In this document: one piece after another, positions 59,176 to 64,000 of the stretch
How positions within the stretch are numbered: position 1 is the stretch's first letter
How the letters are laid out: each line of letters starts with the position of its first letter
Origin: Lama guanicoe
Taxonomy: Eukaryota
Direction: 5' to 3'
Assembly (NCBI GenBank): GCA_013239625.1
Contig: MU053472.1
Coordinates: 2,063,236-2,127,235, forward strand
DNA: 64,000 nt
The notes under the pieces: generated by a model
Seen by the model: the letters and a program-made list of their open reading frames with translations, nothing else
Told to the model about the DNA's origin: nothing
Database searches by the model: none
Made by a program: the position numbers and the translations under genes

Positions 59176-62100
59176 TTGGAAAGACATCTATTTAAATTTT
59201 TACTACACGTTTGATGTTAAAAAACGAATAATGGTTTAGATAAAACATATAAATAAATAAATAAATATATATAAACACACAAACACACTACGGATTACAC
59301 TTTATTAGAAACCACGTTAGCTAACAGGATATGGAGCTCCAAGTGTTTTGTTGTATAGCATGGACGTTTTATTTTACATATTGGAACATAAAGCCATTTA
59401 CAACTGTGAAGTGTGTGGGTCCTCTTTGCTCCTGACTTGTCATTTCTTGGCTCAGGAATGGTCTCTCTGCTTCCCATCTGCTCGTATTATTTTCTCAGGG
59501 GCCAAATGGAGCCCTTAGTGCCTCTGAGCATGGAGTGAAGTAACTTAGGGCCAACGGAGCAATTGTACCTTTGAGCAATTGTATCTCATGCTGCTCCCCA
59601 GATGTTGGGTCTGGATTCCAGGGCCCACAAAGACCCCAGAAGGGCAGGGCACTATGCAAGAACCTGTCACCTTCTAGTAGTCAACACAGAACCTGGCCAT
59701 TTGGGGGAGGTGGGCTCACAGGTAGGGAGTTCTTGGTGGGGTTTGTGCAGCTGCTTCAGAGCAGGACCTGATGGGCAGGTTGGAGTCAGAGCCTGGGGCT
59801 TGGTGGAGCAGCAGTCAGATGGGTGAAGCCATCAGCCCCCAACCCCGCAGAGGAGTTGAGGCCTGGCAGAGGCCACCGCTTGTCCAGTCCTCTGATTGTC
59901 CCTGAAGTTCAGCCACAAGATGGGGCAGGAAGAAAGGAGTCCAGGTTCTCCTACTAGAGAAGAGAAGCTGGGGCCGGACGGTGTGTTGGGTCTCCCTCCT
60001 CACCACTCCTTGCCTCTTTCCCCTCCTCTCATGGCTCCTTTGCCACAGCTGCCCACTGTCATCCACCGTCTCCAGGAGGAGAGAAGACAAAGGGTTAGGG
60101 AAGCCCTTTAAATCCCTGTCCTCGTCAGGATTAAGATGAGATTCCCTGCAGGGTAAAAAGTCAACCTTGTCTTCTGTTTCCCCAGAGCCCTTCCCTGTGG
60201 CCATCAGGCTGCTCTGGCTGGACCCCTGCCTGCAGAAGGAGGCCAAGCTGCTTCTGCCCTTTGCTGTTGGCTCCCACCTCGGGCTTTTTGGTCATAGAGC
60301 AAAACTGAGCTGAACTTGGCTAAGGCAACAGGGAAGGAGGGCTCTTCTTAACGCACACCTGCTCTGCTCTTTTCTTCCTGGGTGAAGACGGCATTCTGGG
60401 CTACCCCATAACCTTCAGAACCACAGGCGGAGGGCTGGGAGCTAGATGCGTGCCCCCAGCCTCCCTCCAGACACACAGCTGCCTGAGTTCGAGGTAAAGA
60501 AAGCCGCTTCTTAAGAGAGATTTTGTCTCCAGGCGGCCCGCAGCTTTCTCCCGGCTTTCTGGGAAGCATGAGGTCCGTGGGCTTCCCCACCTGGGCACGG
60601 CTTGAACAGGGCCTGCAGTGGGATTTGTGGAACTTTCCTGCCCCTCTGAATCAACAAGTCAATAAAAAGGGGGCACATGGGATACCCTGGAACAAAGGGC
60701 ACCATTCAGTAGCGCCAACAGGTCATACATCATCGGGCCAGAAACCTGCCACATGAAAAGTGTCTGCTGCTGCTGTGCCCTGCCTGGGAAGGGAAATAAA
60801 AAACGATGAACGTTCAACTGTGAGGCCACAGGCAGGCAGCCCCCAGGGCTCTGCTCTCAGCCCAGGGCCAGGCCCCTGGGTTGGAAGCTGGACCAGGCTC
60901 TCAGCCGCAGCTCAGCCACCCAACTGCCCTCCTACAACAGAAGAGCCTGGAATAACAAAAGGGAGAATGAAAAGGGAAGCTGGGTCAGACTGACAAATTG
61001 TTAAAAAACCAAACCAACTTCCAGCCTCCGCTGGGCCTCAGGGGGTCAAGAGGCCTCGCCTCTCCCCACTAATGGAGCCTGCAGAGGAGTAGCAGCCCCA
61101 GCCTCGCAGTGTCTTATCTTACAACATAAAATTAAAACCCACTTAAAAGGCCGGAGGGCATGTTAACATTCCCCCTGCTGTCTAATTGAAGTAGTTCCCA
61201 GCGCAAAGGATTTCACTTGAAAGATGGCTCCCTCTGAGCCCCAGTTTTCCTGCTCGGTGGGCAGGGGAAGGGGGTGGGGAGGCAGAGGGTGTCATTTCAA
61301 AGACCAGCTCAGACCTCGGAAAAGCATGGGTCCTGTTTGCCGCCCCCACCTGGCCTGGGGGCAGGTGGCCACGGCAAAGGTTAGGGCAGGCTGGGTTGTT
61401 TTGTATTTTTTAAAAATTTACAAATTCATTAGCAGCTATGTCAGCAGAGGCCAGATCCTGACAAGAAGCCCTGGTAATGATTCAAATATGGTGAGCCTCA
61501 CAGTGAAACCTCCCGTTCCTGAGGCCCAGGGATTTCTGCTTGGTCCCCCACGGAAGCCCTCCTCCCTCCTATGCAAATATATTGCAGGTCTCCAAGGCAT
61601 ACGGAATCAATCAGGGACATCCTGTAAAGGTGATGAACTTGCACTGGCCATCCTGAGTAATGGGAACCAGTCAGCCCGAAGCCGGCTGCGACTGAAAGCC
61701 AAGGTGACAGCTATTAAGCAGTTGTGGGCAGAACAAAATGGCAAAGGGGCCGGGCAATCAAGTCAATTTCAATGGGCAACTGCGGAGACTGTCGCAGCTG
61801 ATTAGAGAGCGCCGGCTGGAGCTTGCAGGGCGAGCCCATCGCAGACCAGAAACAGGCCCGCACGAAAAGGGAAGGAACTGTCTCCTGAGAAGCAGGCGAT
61901 GAAGGACTCTGTTTTATGTGACCGTGTTCTTCTTTCTCTCCTTGAAGGGAGAGTCGAAAAAAAGCGAGATTAGATAGTTTTCTTTTCAGCCATTTATCAT
62001 GATGAAGGAAAGTAGATAGGGCAGGGGCAGAAAAATCTCCAGTGGGATTTCTGCGAAGTCTCACTAAGAGGGACCAGGCTTACACTTTGCCGCTTAAACA

Positions 62101-62749
62101 GCCCCTGCTTATTACCACCGCGTGACGGGGTCTGCAGAGTGTCCGGACGCCCCCTTCTAACGAGGGCAAACAGGCCCGGCTGCTCTGAGGATCACAGAAA
62201 TTCTCCTGCAGAAACCCCACACCACCAAATTGTATCATTTGTGAAAATTAAAGCCTGAGCTGGAATCACGAGGTGAGGAGGAAGACGGGAAAGGGAAAGA
62301 TGAGACAGGGCTGTGCCAAGTCCCAGCAGGTTAGGCCCCGGCTGTGGGCGCCCCCAGTGACCTGGGCCTGGCGCGGGGCAGGAGGGGCCCTGCCGTGTTT
62401 GCCCATGGTCAGTACTGACCCCAGGCCGGCGGCGAACCCTGCCTGCCTGCCTGCCTGCTTGAGAATTCTAAGCTGGTGCTTGGTTCTCAGGGGTTGAGGG
62501 AGGCAGAGCAGGGGGTACCCGTAGGCAAGCGGCCGTGAGAGAGACCAGCTCTGGGACCGCAGACAGGCTTGGGGAGGTTCACAAGCAGATGGCAAGAGAT
62601 GCAGAACCAGGAGCGGGAGGGCCGTCTCAGAGCCCAGGGTTGCAGAGTGGACATCGGGGCCCCGGAGGGCTCAGGCTGGGGCAGGGCTGCTGGTGAGAGA
62701 GAAAAGGCTGACTTAGCAAGTGAGAGTGGTGGGTGCCCGTGATCAGATC

Positions 62750-63260
62750 ATTCCTAAGAGAAGAATGACAAATGGATCATTAACCTGCACAAAACTAAGC
62801 TCACTAATCATCGGAAATGCAAAGTAAAGTGATAAAAAAAATTCCACTTTTGTTTAAGAAGTTAATCAAATTTTAAGAGAAAGATGTGGGCAGCCTCTTT
62901 TAGTCCTTGCTGGTGGGAGCACAGATTGTTACAGTCTTTCTGGAAAAAGCAATTTGGTAGCGTGGACAAAGACTCTAAACGTGCTCATATCCTAAAGAAA
63001 ATAACCAGAAAGGTGGACGTAGCTTAATGCTCTATAATGTTCATTGTGGTATTATTTTTAATAGCCCCAAATTGGCAGAAAGTAAATTATGGTTAAGTAA
63101 ATTATGATAGTCTCATATTCTGGAATATGATGTAGTCATTGACATTATGTTTACAAAGTGTTTAATGACATGGGGAATTGATTTAAAGCCAAGTGAAAAA
63201 AAGAGGATCATAATATAGAGCATGATCTCAAAAATATTGGAAAGTAAAAACAAAAATATT
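62750..63260 (+). mobile_element. Decayed old L1 fragment
   Basis: ttgctggtgggagcacagattgttacagtctttctggaaaaagcaatttgg...aatgttcattgtggtattattt. Confidence 0.55.
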
Positions 63261-64000
63261 GGCATAGCCAAACTATAGATCATTAAATCACAACCAACAG
63301 GAGAATGAACTATACGAACCTGTATCTCCATGACATATTATGTGAAAAAATTTTTCTGAGTAATATGTATGGTTTCCCCATTCATGTGAAACACAAAACG
63401 AAAGCAAACCTCTGTGTGTGTGTTCACGTATGTGCATGACATGTGAGGATGTGTGTATGTGAGTGACGTGTATTTGGGGGGGGGAGTGTGCATTAGGGGC
63501 CCAGAAAAGAGATAGGAGGGGTTGTTTCTGACAGACCCTTCATACGTCTCTGTTCTGTTTGACTCGTTCTGTAACTAGGAGATTTAATTAAAGAAAAAAG
63601 AAAAATAAGTTGGGATTACAGAAGTGCCCGAAATAAAAGAAGAAAGAGTAAAAGAAATTGTGCCCAAACGCTACAGCTGTAACCCTGGGAGGTGGCTGCT
63701 CCTGCGGGTCAAGTGAACCACGACTGACCTCTGGGCCCCCTGCCCTATTTGCTCTCCTCCTGACTCTGGAGTCTCCCTCCCAGACACCCCTTCTTCTGCC
63801 CAGGTCTTTAATACCACTGCTGCTCCAGGTCCGGGGCTTTAGCCTTCTCTTCTCACCGGCTGCTCTCCGTTGGTGGTGCCCACGTCTGTTCCCGCGGCTT
63901 CTTTCACCAACAAACGCCGATACATCTCAAAGCCAATCTCACTTCCCTCTCCTGAGACTGTCTCCTGGACGTTGCTGTTTAAGAAATGTCAGGATCTCCA

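Overview
Mammalian (eukaryotic) genomic DNA. The young tRNA-derived SINEs and L1 3' ends suggest a camelid or other artiodactyl; this is inference. The window holds one protein-coding gene, TBX4 (T-box transcription factor 4), on the + strand. It has eight coding exons (33325-57866, about 552-553 aa) with canonical GT-AG junctions, a probable non-coding first exon in an upstream CpG island (ending near 29463), and a 3' UTR running to about 59.1-59.2 kb. The upstream 27 kb is rich in transposable elements (L1, MIR, L2, MLT1, Tigger1, MER5/MER20/MER104, lineage SINEs) and contains an HMGB1 processed pseudogene. The main anomaly is a 55-bp tandem duplication at the end of the first TBX4 coding exon. 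As assembled it frameshifts the gene, and it is more likely an assembly artefact than a fixed allele. Other points of note: a NAGNAG acceptor, two uORFs, a PBX-MEIS/PREP decamer at the promoter, a strand-asymmetric AT-rich repeat block between CpG islands, nested retrotranspositions with clean TSDs, and several candidate enhancers. I find no support for a previously undescribed biological system. Repeat family names and boundaries are from visual recognition and are approximate.
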